From Caecitellus pseudoparvulus (Eukaryota; Protista; Bigyra: Bicosoecida), in assembly GCA_965644315.1 (NCBI GenBank), contig CBFFRQ010000148.1, forward strand, positions 1 to 30,945: 30,945 bases of DNA, written 5' to 3'. The notes below the pieces were generated by a model. It was not told the DNA's origin. It saw nothing but the letters and a program-made list of their open reading frames with translations, and ran no database searches. Below, piece after piece: positions 17,641-28,700 of the stretch. Each line of letters starts with the position of its first letter. Within the stretch, counting starts at the first letter, position 1. A program made the translations under genes and the position numbers.

Positions 17641-18777
17641 TTATGCAGTGCTATTCGCTGCTCTGAACAGCATCAGTGTCCTGCGCCCATTGCGAGTGCT
17701 TGTACCGTCCCAGACCGCGTCCTTTGCCGCCTGAAGGGCTTCCCTTGCTAGCTTGCGCCTGGCTCGATTTGGCACAGCACGGATGCCAGTCAGGGCAAAC
17801 AGCTCTCGGAGCACAGCAATTTGGCGGCGCCTGTGCGCTTCACAAAAGGCAGCGTCGGGTCCTTTCTCGTCTCTTGCGCGTACATCAACGGCTCTTTCGC
17901 CCGACAGGCTCAACAGCTCCCGCACGACGTCCACCTGGCCAGCCGCACAGGCAACGCGAAAGGAGGCCTCAGCCCCCCGCCTATCCTTGGCGTGCACGTC
18001 AACCTTTCGGTCACCGTTGAGCGCGAGAAGGATCTTCACAACATTCAAGTGGCCGCCTTGACATGCCAGCCGGAAGCTGGACTCCGGCCCCTGGTGGTCG
18101 GCAGCGTTCACGGCCACTTCCCTGGGCGCTGACAGGGACAGCAGCTCGCGCACAACGCAAGCATGCCCACATTGGCAAGCCAATCGAAAGCCTGCATCAC
18201 TGCCCATGTTGTCATTTGCCCGCACATTCACTCTGCGGCTTCCAGTCAGCGCCAGCAACTCACGCACGATTGGGACGTGGCCGCCAGCGCAAGCCCACCT
18301 GAAGCCAGCCTCTGGACCAGCGTTGTCACCTGCGTGTACATCGACCGCAGCATCTCCAGTCAAAGCCAGGAGTTCTCGCACAACTCCAAGGTGGCCATTG
18401 GCACAGGCCAGCTGAAAGGCAAGCTCACTCCTCGCGTGGACATCAACACGCCGAGCTCCTCCCAGCGCCAACAGCTCACGCACAATCTCCACGTGGCCCT
18501 GCAAGCACGCCTCTCGAAAGCCAGCCTCTGGTCCACCCCTGTCACCAACGTGCACATCCACTTCTTGGCTTCCTGACAGCGCAAGCAGCTCACGGAGCAA
18601 AGGCAGGTTGCCTTTCCGACACGCCAAGATGAAGCTCTCATTCGTCTCTTCGCTTGTCAGTCCTTCCACAAATGACACAGCTTTCTGGCAAGTCCCTCGT
18701 ATGATATCCAGCATGAGCCCATCATCACTAGTGCAGCAAGCCTCGCTCCATAGCGCGGATGCGTCTGCAAAGTCCAT
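17641..18777 (-). CDS. Ankyrin-like repeat protein, paralog B (378 aa, about 7 repeats)
   Basis: It carries the same repeat and C-terminal motif (AKDAVWDGTSTRNGRR). The first ATG is at 18777 (MDFADASALW). Confidence 0.85.
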   Translation of the reverse strand: MDFADASALWSEACCTSDDGLMLDIIRGTCQKAVSFVEGLTSEETNESFILACRKGNLPLLRELLALSGSQEVDVHVGDRGGPEAGFREACLQGHVEIVRELLALGGARRVDVHARSELAFQLACANGHLGVVRELLALTGDAAVDVHAGDNAGPEAGFRWACAGGHVPIVRELLALTGSRRVNVRANDNMGSDAGFRLACQCGHACVVRELLSLSAPREVAVNAADHQGPESSFRLACQGGHLNVVKILLALNGDRKVDVHAKDRRGAEASFRVACAAGQVDVVRELLSLSGERAVDVRARDEKGPDAAFCEAHRRRQIAVLRELFALTGIRAVPNRARRKLAREALQAAKDAVWDGTSTRNGRRTLMLFRAANSTA

Positions 18778-19162
18778 TTCGTGCGATTTGGCTTGGTGGG
18801 TCAGATTCCGCACCAATGCCTTCGTCACCGTGTTACGCTGACGCAGCTCGGGAAGTGCCGGGTAGGCCCCAAAGTGAATTTAATTGTAGGTTAGTATTCA
18901 TCTGACCCAGTACGCTCCTGGTTGGTGTGCGTCTGATCGAGGGCGAGGTCAATGAATCTATCGTAGGGGCGTCGACTGCGCTCTGCAGACTTTCAACAAC
19001 AGCAATTGCGGCATCCCAACAAATTTCAGCTGAAGCACATGTGTCCTTCAGACTCTACCGATCGTTCTTGATCTTATCGTGCAGTAAGGCCTGAAAATTG
19101 CCCCGCAGGACCCCTGAGCTGCCGCGGCAGCCTCGGAAATTGAACCACATCGTGCTCTCTAC

Positions 19163-20548
19163 ATGGCAGCTTTGGAAGCCACAGCACAGCCTGCAGCCCA
19201 GTGGAGAGCAGCTTGTAAACAAAGCGATGTAGACAAACTGTTGAGCATCCTGCAGCAAGTTAGCTCCCAGCCCCCACCCATATTTGGGGCGGTGGCTTGT
19301 GCTGAAACAACAGCTGGTTTTCAGGTTGCATGCAAAGTGGGGCATTTGGAGCTGATGCGAGGCCTGCTGGCACTGACAGGTGATCTGAAGGTTGATGTGC
19401 ACGCAGCAGATAGGTATGGGCTTGAAGCCGCCTTCCGGACCGCATGCAACAGGGGCCACCTGGACATCGTACGTGAGCTGCTCGCCCTCACTGGGGGGAA
19501 TGCCGTGGATGTGCATGCAGATGATGGGCAAGGAGCTGAGGCCGCCTTCCGCGGAGCATGTATTGGCGGCAAGGTAAACATTGTGCGTGAGCTGCTGGGC
19601 CTGACTGGGGCCAGGGCAGTGGATGTGCACGCATGTGATGGGAGCGGGCCGGAAGCTGCTTTTCGATGGGCATGCCGCATGGGCTTTACAGACATTGTGC
19701 GTGAACTGCTTGCCCTTGACGGGGTTCGGGAAGTGGACGTGCATGCAGAGGATGGCGAGGGTCCAGAGGCTGCCTTCCGCTGGGCGTGCGCAGAGGGTCA
19801 CACGGAAATCGTGCATGAGCTGCTCGGTTTGAACGGGCACAGAGAAGTGGATGTGCACGCAGCAGATTGGGATGGGCCTGAGGCTGCTTTTCGAGGTGCA
19901 TGTGCCGAAGGCCATGTGGACATCGTGCGAGAGCTGCTGACTCTTCCCGGACACCGCCAGGTTGATGTGCACGCGGCGGGTTCGAGCGGGCGTGAGGAAG
20001 GGCTCCGGACAGCATGCGACCGCGGCCATACAGGCATCGTGCGGGAGTTGCTGCGGCTCTCTGGAGCCCGTGCGGCGAATGTGCGCGCGCCAGATCAAGA
20101 TGGACCCGAGGCAGCCTTCCGGCTGGCGTGCTCAAGCGGTCATGTGGACATTGTGCGGCAGCTACTGAGCCTATCCGGGCAGCAGGCTGTGGATGTCCAT
20201 GCAGCCGATCGTCGGGGGGCAGAGGCCGCCTTTCGAGGTGCATGTGGCAACGGCCACATTGATGTTGTACGCGTTCTCCTTGCTCTCACTGAAGACCGAG
20301 AAGTGGATGTCCATGCGGCCGATGGGCGCGGCGCTGACGCCGCTTTCCGGTGCGCGTTTCGCCACAGGCACGAACATGTCATGCGTGAACTTCTCGCCTT
20401 GACTAGTACCCGTTCCATCCCACCCTGTGCAAGGCAGCAAGCAGGACAGTCTGCAGTGCGCATTGCACGCGATGCAGTGTGGGCTGGCACCAGCACTCGG
20501 CACGGGAGGCGACCGATGCTCATGCTAAGGCTTCAGGGTGCGAAGTAA
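19163..20548 (+). CDS. Ankyrin-like repeat protein, paralog C (461 aa, about 9 repeats)
   Basis: It shows a 114-bp (38-aa) periodicity and ends with ARDAVWAGTSTRHGRR. Confidence 0.88.
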   Translation: MAALEATAQPAAQWRAACKQSDVDKLLSILQQVSSQPPPIFGAVACAETTAGFQVACKVGHLELMRGLLALTGDLKVDVHAADRYGLEAAFRTACNRGHLDIVRELLALTGGNAVDVHADDGQGAEAAFRGACIGGKVNIVRELLGLTGARAVDVHACDGSGPEAAFRWACRMGFTDIVRELLALDGVREVDVHAEDGEGPEAAFRWACAEGHTEIVHELLGLNGHREVDVHAADWDGPEAAFRGACAEGHVDIVRELLTLPGHRQVDVHAAGSSGREEGLRTACDRGHTGIVRELLRLSGARAANVRAPDQDGPEAAFRLACSSGHVDIVRQLLSLSGQQAVDVHAADRRGAEAAFRGACGNGHIDVVRVLLALTEDREVDVHAADGRGADAAFRCAFRHRHEHVMRELLALTSTRSIPPCARQQAGQSAVRIARDAVWAGTSTRHGRRPMLMLRLQGAK

Positions 20549-20884
20549 GCGAAGGCAGCCTTCCTGCGCTACTCTACAACGCCATGGTAGTTGAGATGAC
20601 AGCTAACCTTTGACGAAAGGTGGGTGCCTGCTCCACAAGCCCAAGCGAGCGCCGATCCTTCACTGAACGTGAACTCGGCACAGGGATCATTAAGGATCCA
20701 CAGCTTTAACAATCCGAACCAAGCACAGCACCGAACCCATCAATGCACCATGTTTCATAGGCTATCCCACCTCGCGTCAACTACTTCGTTGACAAACGCG
20801 CAAGGCATGGCACTCTCTTGAAGCTCGCATCAAGTTTGTCAAGGAGCACACCCACTCTGCTGAACAGGACGTAACCGCAAGCCC

Positions 20885-22156
20885 TCACGTCGTCCGATTG
20901 GCTCGTAGAAGGACAAGTAGGTTCCTTCCCTGTCGAGTGCTTGTTCCGTGCCAGACTGCGTCTCTTGCAAGGTCAGCAATCAGCTGTCCAGCAGCGATCC
21001 TCGCACGGCACGGCGCTGCCCGAGTTCCGACCAGCCCTAGTAGCTCACGCAAGATACGCTTCCGACCATACTCACATGCCCATTGGAAGCCGCTCTGTGT
21101 TCCATCAGCAGACGCAGCATGCACGTCCACGGCGCGGCCTCCTCCAAGGGCAAGCAAAAGGCGCACCACTTGTACGTGACCATTGCGGCACGCATACCTG
21201 AAGGCGTACTCGGGACACTCAGCACCTCCCGCATGCACATCAACTGTGCGGCCACCCGAGAGATCTAGCAATTCCTTCACAACATCAGCTCGGCCGTTTC
21301 GGCATGCCCAGCCAAAGCCAGCTTGCGGGCCGTCCCAATCGGGCGCATGCACGTCTACAGCTCTTTCACCACACAACGCCAGCAACTCACGCACGACTCG
21401 AACGTGGCCGTTCGTACATGCAATGCGGAAGCCAGCCTCAGGCCCGCTGGCATCAGCTGCATGCACATCCACTCGGCGCTCGCCTGTCAATGCAAGCAGC
21501 TCGCGCAGGACATGCACGTGGCCATTCTGGCAGACGCAGCGAAAGCAAGCCTCGCTACCAGCGCTACCCTCTGCGTGAACATTGATCGTTCGCTCCCCTG
21601 CCAGTCCCAGCAACTCTCGCACTACCTTCAAATGGCCCTCTTTGCAAGCGTTTCTGAACCCGGCCTCAGGCCCTTGACGGTCACCCGCATGGACATCCAC
21701 TTCACGCTCCCCGCGGAGTGTCAGCAACTCCCGAACAACTGAAAGGGATCCATTACTGCAGGCCAGCCGGAAGCCAGCTTCTGCACCCTCCCAGTCACCA
21801 GCATGCACGTCCACCGCTTGGCTTCCCTCTTGCTCGAGCAGCACGCGCACCACGTCAACCTGGCCAGCGGCACAGGCTGCCCGAAAGCCAACTTGGCAAC
21901 CATATTTGTCAGTCGCATGCACAGCCGCAGGTTGCTCGCCGTCGAGGGCCAGGACCTTCCGTAAGAGTGGCGCGCTGCCTGCTCGAAAAGCAACCAAAAA
22001 GGCAGCTGCCATGTACTCGCTCGTCAAAGCCTCAAGCGCTGAGCTTGCACCTGTCTCAAAGTCATCTAGCAACGTAACAAGTGCATCAGCATCATCCACT
22101 TCGCAGGCTGCTGTCCAGCGATCCTCTGCGGCGGAAGCCGCTTGTGCATTGCCCAT
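20885..22156 (-). CDS. Ankyrin-like repeat protein, paralog D (423 aa, about 8 repeats)
   Basis: It carries the same repeat and ARDAVWHGTSTRQGR. The first ATG at 22156 gives MGNAQAAS. Confidence 0.85.
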   Translation of the reverse strand: MGNAQAASAAEDRWTAACEVDDADALVTLLDDFETGASSALEALTSEYMAAAFLVAFRAGSAPLLRKVLALDGEQPAAVHATDKYGCQVGFRAACAAGQVDVVRVLLEQEGSQAVDVHAGDWEGAEAGFRLACSNGSLSVVRELLTLRGEREVDVHAGDRQGPEAGFRNACKEGHLKVVRELLGLAGERTINVHAEGSAGSEACFRCVCQNGHVHVLRELLALTGERRVDVHAADASGPEAGFRIACTNGHVRVVRELLALCGERAVDVHAPDWDGPQAGFGWACRNGRADVVKELLDLSGGRTVDVHAGGAECPEYAFRYACRNGHVQVVRLLLALGGGRAVDVHAASADGTQSGFQWACEYGRKRILRELLGLVGTRAAPCRARIAAGQLIADLARDAVWHGTSTRQGRNLLVLLRANRTT

Positions 22157-22592
22157 GCCGTTGAAGCAATTTCCGCACACGATCCCCCAGCACCTCGCAG
22201 CCCTCCCAGTGCACAGGGGAGCCTAGATCAAGTTTACCTCCATATGTTCGTCGCGTAAATACATTGAATTACACTTTCCTTGTGACTCTTGGTTTACAAA
22301 TGTCCGCACCCGTGCACGGAGGGACTTGCTCGAATTGCCTGGTGCACCTTTGGCTGCACAAAATCTGGGCTCCTCAACAACGGCGGCCACAGTGGGCACG
22401 GAACCAGCTGCAACGCCGAACCTGATCAGAAAATCAGAACTGACATTTGAAGACATACTCCCCTCATTCAATGCCCCGACTGCACTGCTGTGGGTAAGGT
22501 CTCAAGGCGTGGCAAAAGGACCATTGGCAAATCATAGCGAGAGCACCATGTACACGGCAACGCCAATACGCATACTTTTCGAGCTCCACAAG

Positions 22593-25280
22593 TTAAACCA
22601 TTTCTACACTTAGGCTTCGACCGCTCCCTGCGGCGCCACCACCCCCTCGCTGCCCTCCAACACCACGGTGACTGCCAGTGGACGCAAGTGGGCCTGCCAA
22701 AGCCACATCTGCACACCTAGCCCCTCTTTCTAGCTGAGCTTTGGCTGAAATTCCTGCCTGTTGCGCGCCGCCCAGGGCACTGCAAGCGTATGGCGTCGCC
22801 TGCAGAGCAGGCAGGCCAGCACCCGAACCAGCTTTCGCGCTGGCAAGCAGCGAAAGGCCTTGCGCGTCCTCTTCACACCCGTCGAAGAGGCTGACGTCAA
22901 TGCGCCTTGCTTCAAGCTCAGGCGTAATTCCATCAAGCAGGCGACGGAAGAGGGCCAGCATGCTGGGCTGCACCCCGCACACCTGCATCCTGCACCTGCA
23001 ATGCTCCGTCGGGTGGTACACTCTGGAGAGCTCGACCCAGCCCACAATGCTCTCAAGCATGCTTGAGCAAGCGCGCGTCCCAGCCTCGATGACGCGTTTG
23101 CCATCAAGTTCAGCTGCCTTGCAGATGGAGGCGTACTGGTCCAGGCAGACTCCGCCCCTGAGTCTGGTTTCCGCTTCGAATCGCAGCACGAGCTCGCGGC
23201 TCGTTGGTGGGAGCAGTTCTATCCCAGGGGATGTGATGTCCATGAACGTCAGCGGTCGTGCCCGTTCGCTCGTACCATGAAGCCCCTTGATAGTGCCGCC
23301 ATCTTCCAACTCAACGCAAGCTGCAGCAGGCTTGGGAGACAAGAGAAAGCGAGTTGGGGTGGTGGGGGAAGCCGTGATAGGCACACTCGCTGCACGCTTC
23401 GCTTCCTCCTCAGCCTTTCGTTGAGCCTCCAAATTTGCCTGGTGGACCGCTTCGCGCTCAGCTGAGATGGCAACGGTCTCATTGAACAGGCTCGTCGCGG
23501 AGCGCCCAGCTTGCACCAGGACACAACTGAGCGGCGCCATGCCAGAAAAGACGACCGTTTCTTTGACCACGTGCTTCTTGATCCTGTCACTTTCATCTGC
23601 TGAGAGATTCGTCGCACCGTCTTGCTTGGAAGCGCGGTGGACCCTGTCTTCTTTCATGCGCTTTCGGAGAACGGCGCGCTGAACATCCTCCCAAAACTCC
23701 CGGTTGGCTTCGTCACCCGGGAGCACTGGCTGGGGTAGGCACCCTGCAATGAATACTGAGAAGTCTACAATGGTTTCAAACCTTTCCAGGGTTGACGCAC
23801 ATGTAAGGCCCCGAGCAAGCAATTCTGCTCCGCTCGGGCAAACGTAGCAGTGTGTCATGCACGCAGACCGAAGGTACTGCGAGTTGGCGATGCACTGCCC
23901 AAGCCGGTGGGCGGCCCGGGCTGACAAGAAAGCTAGCGGGAGGGAAAAGGAGTGCAGGCGATCAATGGAAATGAGCTGAGCAGTCCACCAGCCAGCCCAT
24001 GCAGGGAATGTCTCGACCCGTAGCGGAAGGCCACCGGGCAGCTCGTCAACTTCTTCCACGCAAACGCCCTGGCGCTTCATCTTTTCGGTTTCTTTATGAC
24101 CCTTCACGGCCACAGGGCAAGCCAAAGTGAAGCCTTTGTGGTATTCGCCGTCACTTCGGCGCCACAGTGCATCACGCTTCAAACCATCCCGTAGCTCTCC
24201 AGAATAGGTGAAAACCCTGTTGGCGCCGGTGATAGAAAGCACAAGGGATACGACATACTGGAAGAAAGTCTGATCTTCCACTGCCAGGGATGCGCTGTAC
24301 GTGAGGTAGATGTTCAGTACAGCGGAGAAGAGGGACGTCAGCATGGACACAACCACTAGCGGGAGGTGGTCGTCCAAGATGCCGCTGGCTATGATGTACA
24401 GCTGAAGGATGGAGTGCGGTGCGCACTCGAACACCGACCTTAAAACCTTGCGAAGGCCCGGGTACCGGTGGAGCACCGTGTAGTCATAGTACGCCCCGCC
24501 TGGAAATACCACGCTCGTCACGTCCAGCGCGGTCCCTAAGATGGTTCCCTGCGGCAAGGACGTGCTGAAAGTGAGGGGATCCTGGGTCGCATACCTCGGG
24601 GAGAACAGGTGATTCGTACAAAAACGGCGGCAGGAGGAATCTGGAACAATGCGGCGAAGTACAACAACCCTGCAGGCCTGCCGCGCAGAGGAAGCAAGGA
24701 ATGAGTGCAAGTTGACTTTGCCACAAGTACTCGCAAAGCACCAGCGACGTACAAACCCTCGCTCTGAGCGCGCTGTGCAATCCCAATCGCGTTGCTGAAG
24801 ATAAAACCAGCAATGATGTTAGGCAAAAGCCTGTGCGTGCCGTGCAGTGGAGCAGATGTGGGGCGGGCGGGCGCAGCAACGGCTGGCGTTTCATCGCAGC
24901 AACAGACATGAAAATTATGCCCAAGCTCATGGGTCCAAACGCACGCGCCGCAGCGAGCTGGGTGATGACCAAGATGTCACTGACAATGTCCCAGATAAAG
25001 AGCACCGCACCGAACAACTGGGTTGTGATGCTAAGCGTCGCATACGCGCGTGGCTTTTGCTGGGCGTGGTGGGTGGAAAACTTGCGTTTCATCTTTGCTG
25101 CGGCTCGCTCCGAACGCTGAGTGTACGTACCTCCTGAAAAGAAGTCATGGTGCGCTGCCACTTCCAAGCCGTATATGCTGAGCCCTTTGGCGGGGGTATG
25201 TGTTGCATCAGCCTGATGTACAGGTCTGACGCTTTCTTCGCAGGAGGCTCATCGTTGCCATTCGCACCATCTTGCGACAT
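22593..25280 (-). CDS. Multi-pass membrane protein, XK-related (Xkr)-like, with an LRR-like cytosolic segment; intron-containing, exon structure approximate
   Basis: Hydrophobic segments in successive frames carry XK-family-like motifs WDIVSDILV and FECAPHSILQLYII. A plausible GT-AG intron at 24907-24831 joins IIFM to LLPNII. An RNI-LRR-like stretch reads RLGQCIANSQYLRSACMTHCYVCPSGAELLARGL. The start at 25280 is tentative. Confidence 0.55.
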
Positions 25281-25779
25281 GCTTGGCGCGCTGGTGGCTG
25301 GTCCTGCACAAGCAGGAATCAGGAGAAGGCGCCGGCCTTGAGTGCGATAGTCACAGGCTAGAGGTGCTGGCATGCGGCCATGGCAACAAATAGCAGGAAT
25401 TTGTATTTTCTCTGCCGATTGCCCAACAGTGTTGCAGCCAAGCTTGGTCGCTGGGACGCCACCAACCGTCGCAGGAAATGTACAGTGCTGTTCCAGCTTG
25501 GTATCTCCACGAAGGCATGCTCCTGAGGTGAATCAGCAATGATAACATCACGCAGGGCACGGGCTTGTCGTCTTGAGGCTGATTGGGCTCGCACCGCTGC
25601 TCACCACGACTTTCGTCCCTTTTCGCATCCTCTCTTGAAGACCGATTCCTCCCTCACCAGAGTGGTGCCGCCCTTCTCAGAGTTGGCCGCGGTGCTTGCC
25701 CGCAGCAAGTATCTCCACTCTCGAAACGAACGCAGGTTCTCCCGTGGGCTGCTCAACCTCCTGCCAGCCCATATCCGTG

Positions 25780-28700
25780 TCAGCAACACAAGTTGCGAGC
25801 TGAGGCGTCTCCGGATTCACTGCAGTGATGCACAGAGCCATCACTACGCCGCCGCTTTCCAGCAACAGTCCACTCACTAGGAGGCTGGCCACCAAACGCT
25901 GCCATCAGAAGGCTGACCCGCTGCCAGCACGTGGCCACAGCCCAAACGCGCCGTAAACTTTTACAGCGCCCTTCTCTTGCCCTCGGAGAGAGGCCTAGCG
26001 CCCCATGAGCAATCGCCACAGCGTGCCAAAGCCCGCCGAGAACGATGCTCACCCCCAAAGCAAGCGCAAGACTCAAGAAGCCCACCACGATCACCGTGCT
26101 GGTGGCTTCCACGACCGACACAGCCCGCTCCTGGCCTGACTCCCCACGCAGCTCGAAATCCATCAACCCCAACATCGAATCCACCCACAAACTGGACTGG
26201 GACGCCATCGACAGCACATCCAACGAGCTCGACGTGTACGGCTGTGCCGCCACGTGCAGCACCAGCCCGATGCACAACACACCTGACACTGCCGCCGCAC
26301 GAGCGAAACGAGCCTGCACTGTCACTGCCAAAGCCAACAACAGCACCTTCTGCAGCGTGATCAACAGCTCCCAATACCAGTACCCGCCACAGCATGCGCC
26401 TCGAGCCTGCACTCGGTACCCTTCGTATAGGAAGCCTGCAGCGTGCTGGAAAGCCAGCACATGCAGGCGCCGCCTGTTCAGGCGCAGGAAGAGCATAGCG
26501 CCGATGGGGGCGCCGAGCCCCACGACAAGCACGCCCAAGAAGGCCAAGGCAAATGCAGGACCAAAGGCGGCGTCAAAGGTGCCGTGGCCGAGTCTGTGGC
26601 GAAAGAGCGTGTATCCAAAAACAGGATGAGGAAAGGTGTCCAGGAACTTGATGAATGTTTCCACGACGCCAAAGTGGACGAAAAAGAGAGAAACGAGAGC
26701 TACTCGGATTGCATACGTTGACAATGGAAGAGCAATAACTGCACCGAACGATGGCTTCTGGGAAGCAGGGGATCGCACTTGCCTCCCATCAGCGTTCATG
26801 TCCGGCCATGTCCTGGGCGTGTTGCGAGCAGATGGACGGTGCCTTGCTCTGCTCGTATCAATGAGTGGAGGGAGAACATCCGACGCAGCGCGTGTTCCAC
26901 TGCAAACTGAAGAATCATCAGACTCGTGAGCTTGCTCTGAACTGTGCGACGGCAGCACTCCTGTGGAGAAGCCGAGCTCCTCGGAAAGGGTACGTGCTGC
27001 CCGACCTGAGGCAGGGGAGAGGTCGTACTCCTGGCTGAACTGCGCCAAGTCAAGCGAGGCTTCGACGCCTTCAGGCGTTTGGTCGGGCGAAGCTAAGCTT
27101 TTAGAACCCGAAGCGAGATCATCATCTGGATGGGCAAGTGGAACACCGCGGGTAGCCGTTGTCTGTGCCTGGGCTGGGAACTTCAGTGGTGGGAGGGGGT
27201 TCTTGGTTCTTCTGCTCTGCTGCAGACCCTTCAGACCTACAAGCACTGGGATGCCCCCCTCAGGCACCGGAGGACACACTTTCATGGGTGAGAGCTCTGC
27301 ATGCAGCTCTTGACTTGCCCCAGATTCGTCAGATGGCAACCGCCCTGGAACTATGCGCGCAGACGTTCGAAGCCGTCTCACGGACGGCATTCGCGCCGCG
27401 ACTGTCGCAGGGCAGCATGCTCCAGCCACACCAGATGCTCGAACGGCCCACAGCAACGCCCAGGGTAGAAGCACACACACCACCGGCAGCGCCAGTGCCA
27501 CGTACAGCTCCTGGTAGAAACCCAACCGCAGCCCACACTGCACGGCGGGACTCGAGGTTGAAAAGCCCTTCACCGCCACGCCCAACGCTGACAGCACCCC
27601 GTCCAATGGCTTTGCCGGCGACAGCCCCGCTGCACTCAACAGGGCTGCCACCTGGGCCCATGATGACACGACACGGAACACCGCAGCAGGGGGCGTGCTC
27701 ACACCCTGCCCAGACCGGTTCAATGTCAGATACACCACGAAACCCAGCGCAATCACCATCGTCAGCACTGTCACTGCCACGTCGCTGCCGTCCCTCGGGC
27801 ATGCTTTGCAAGGCGTGTCGGGGCCAGCCCGCCGCCACCCCGCCTCACACTCCCCACACATCGCCCCACGGTGCCCTTCCACACATTGCACCACAGAGCC
27901 ATTGGCACGGCACACCGACGCAGGGGAACAAGGCAGCAAGATGCTTCTCGACGTGAAGATTGGACGACCGTGTCCTAGCCCTACTTCAGACGTCAACGTC
28001 CGGCCCCCTCTTAACCCGTACAGCGACCGGTACCCGCCCAGCAACGCCGGCGCACGTGAAGAGAAGCCAAATAGCGGGAGACACTCCTCACACCACACTC
28101 CATCCCGCAACACCAGCTGCCCCCCCGCACACACAGCGCCTTCCTCGGGGCACTCGATGCACACTCGGCCATCTGGACCAGCGTACGTCCCTGCAGCACA
28201 CTGCCGGCACACTGGAGCATCCAGCACAGTCCCAGCTCGCACCGTGCCAGGTGCACACGCCTCGCACGCCAGGCCAGTCTCTGACGCAGTCCCCTCTGCT
28301 GGGGTCTGGAAGCCCTCAGCACACTCGCACTGCATGGCACCTGGCGCCAGGCGCTGACTTGCATCACACGCTGGTGGCACAACCACCACTGACACGACGC
28401 TGTCCCCACCCTGCCCCGGCACGCCATACCCACCCAGGCGCACCCGCAGTGCAGCACTGCCCACACTGAGCGGACGCAGCTCCAGGGACAGCATGCCGCC
28501 TTGGCCTGTCCCCAGGCTCACCGCCACTGGACAAGGCTGGCTCAAGCATGCCACAAGAGGCAGGCTGCGCAACATGCTGCCCCTGCCCACTGCATCAGAC
28601 ACGTCCAGGTACAGTGTGCGCCGCTCCACACTGGCGTCGGCAGCGATGACCAGCGACTGCCCGGTTCGTGACGGCAGCAAGACGCTGGATGCCGCCGCCA

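Noticed and set aside
19055-20098. Long antisense and alternate-frame ORFs over the ankyrin, retroelement and surface-protein genes
   Set aside because: These are shadow ORFs expected from high GC and repetitive coding sequence, with no independent motifs.
16200-22000. CRISPR-like periodic repeats
   Set aside because: The 114-bp periodicity is protein-coding ankyrin-like repeat, not identical repeats with unique spacers, and the context is eukaryotic.
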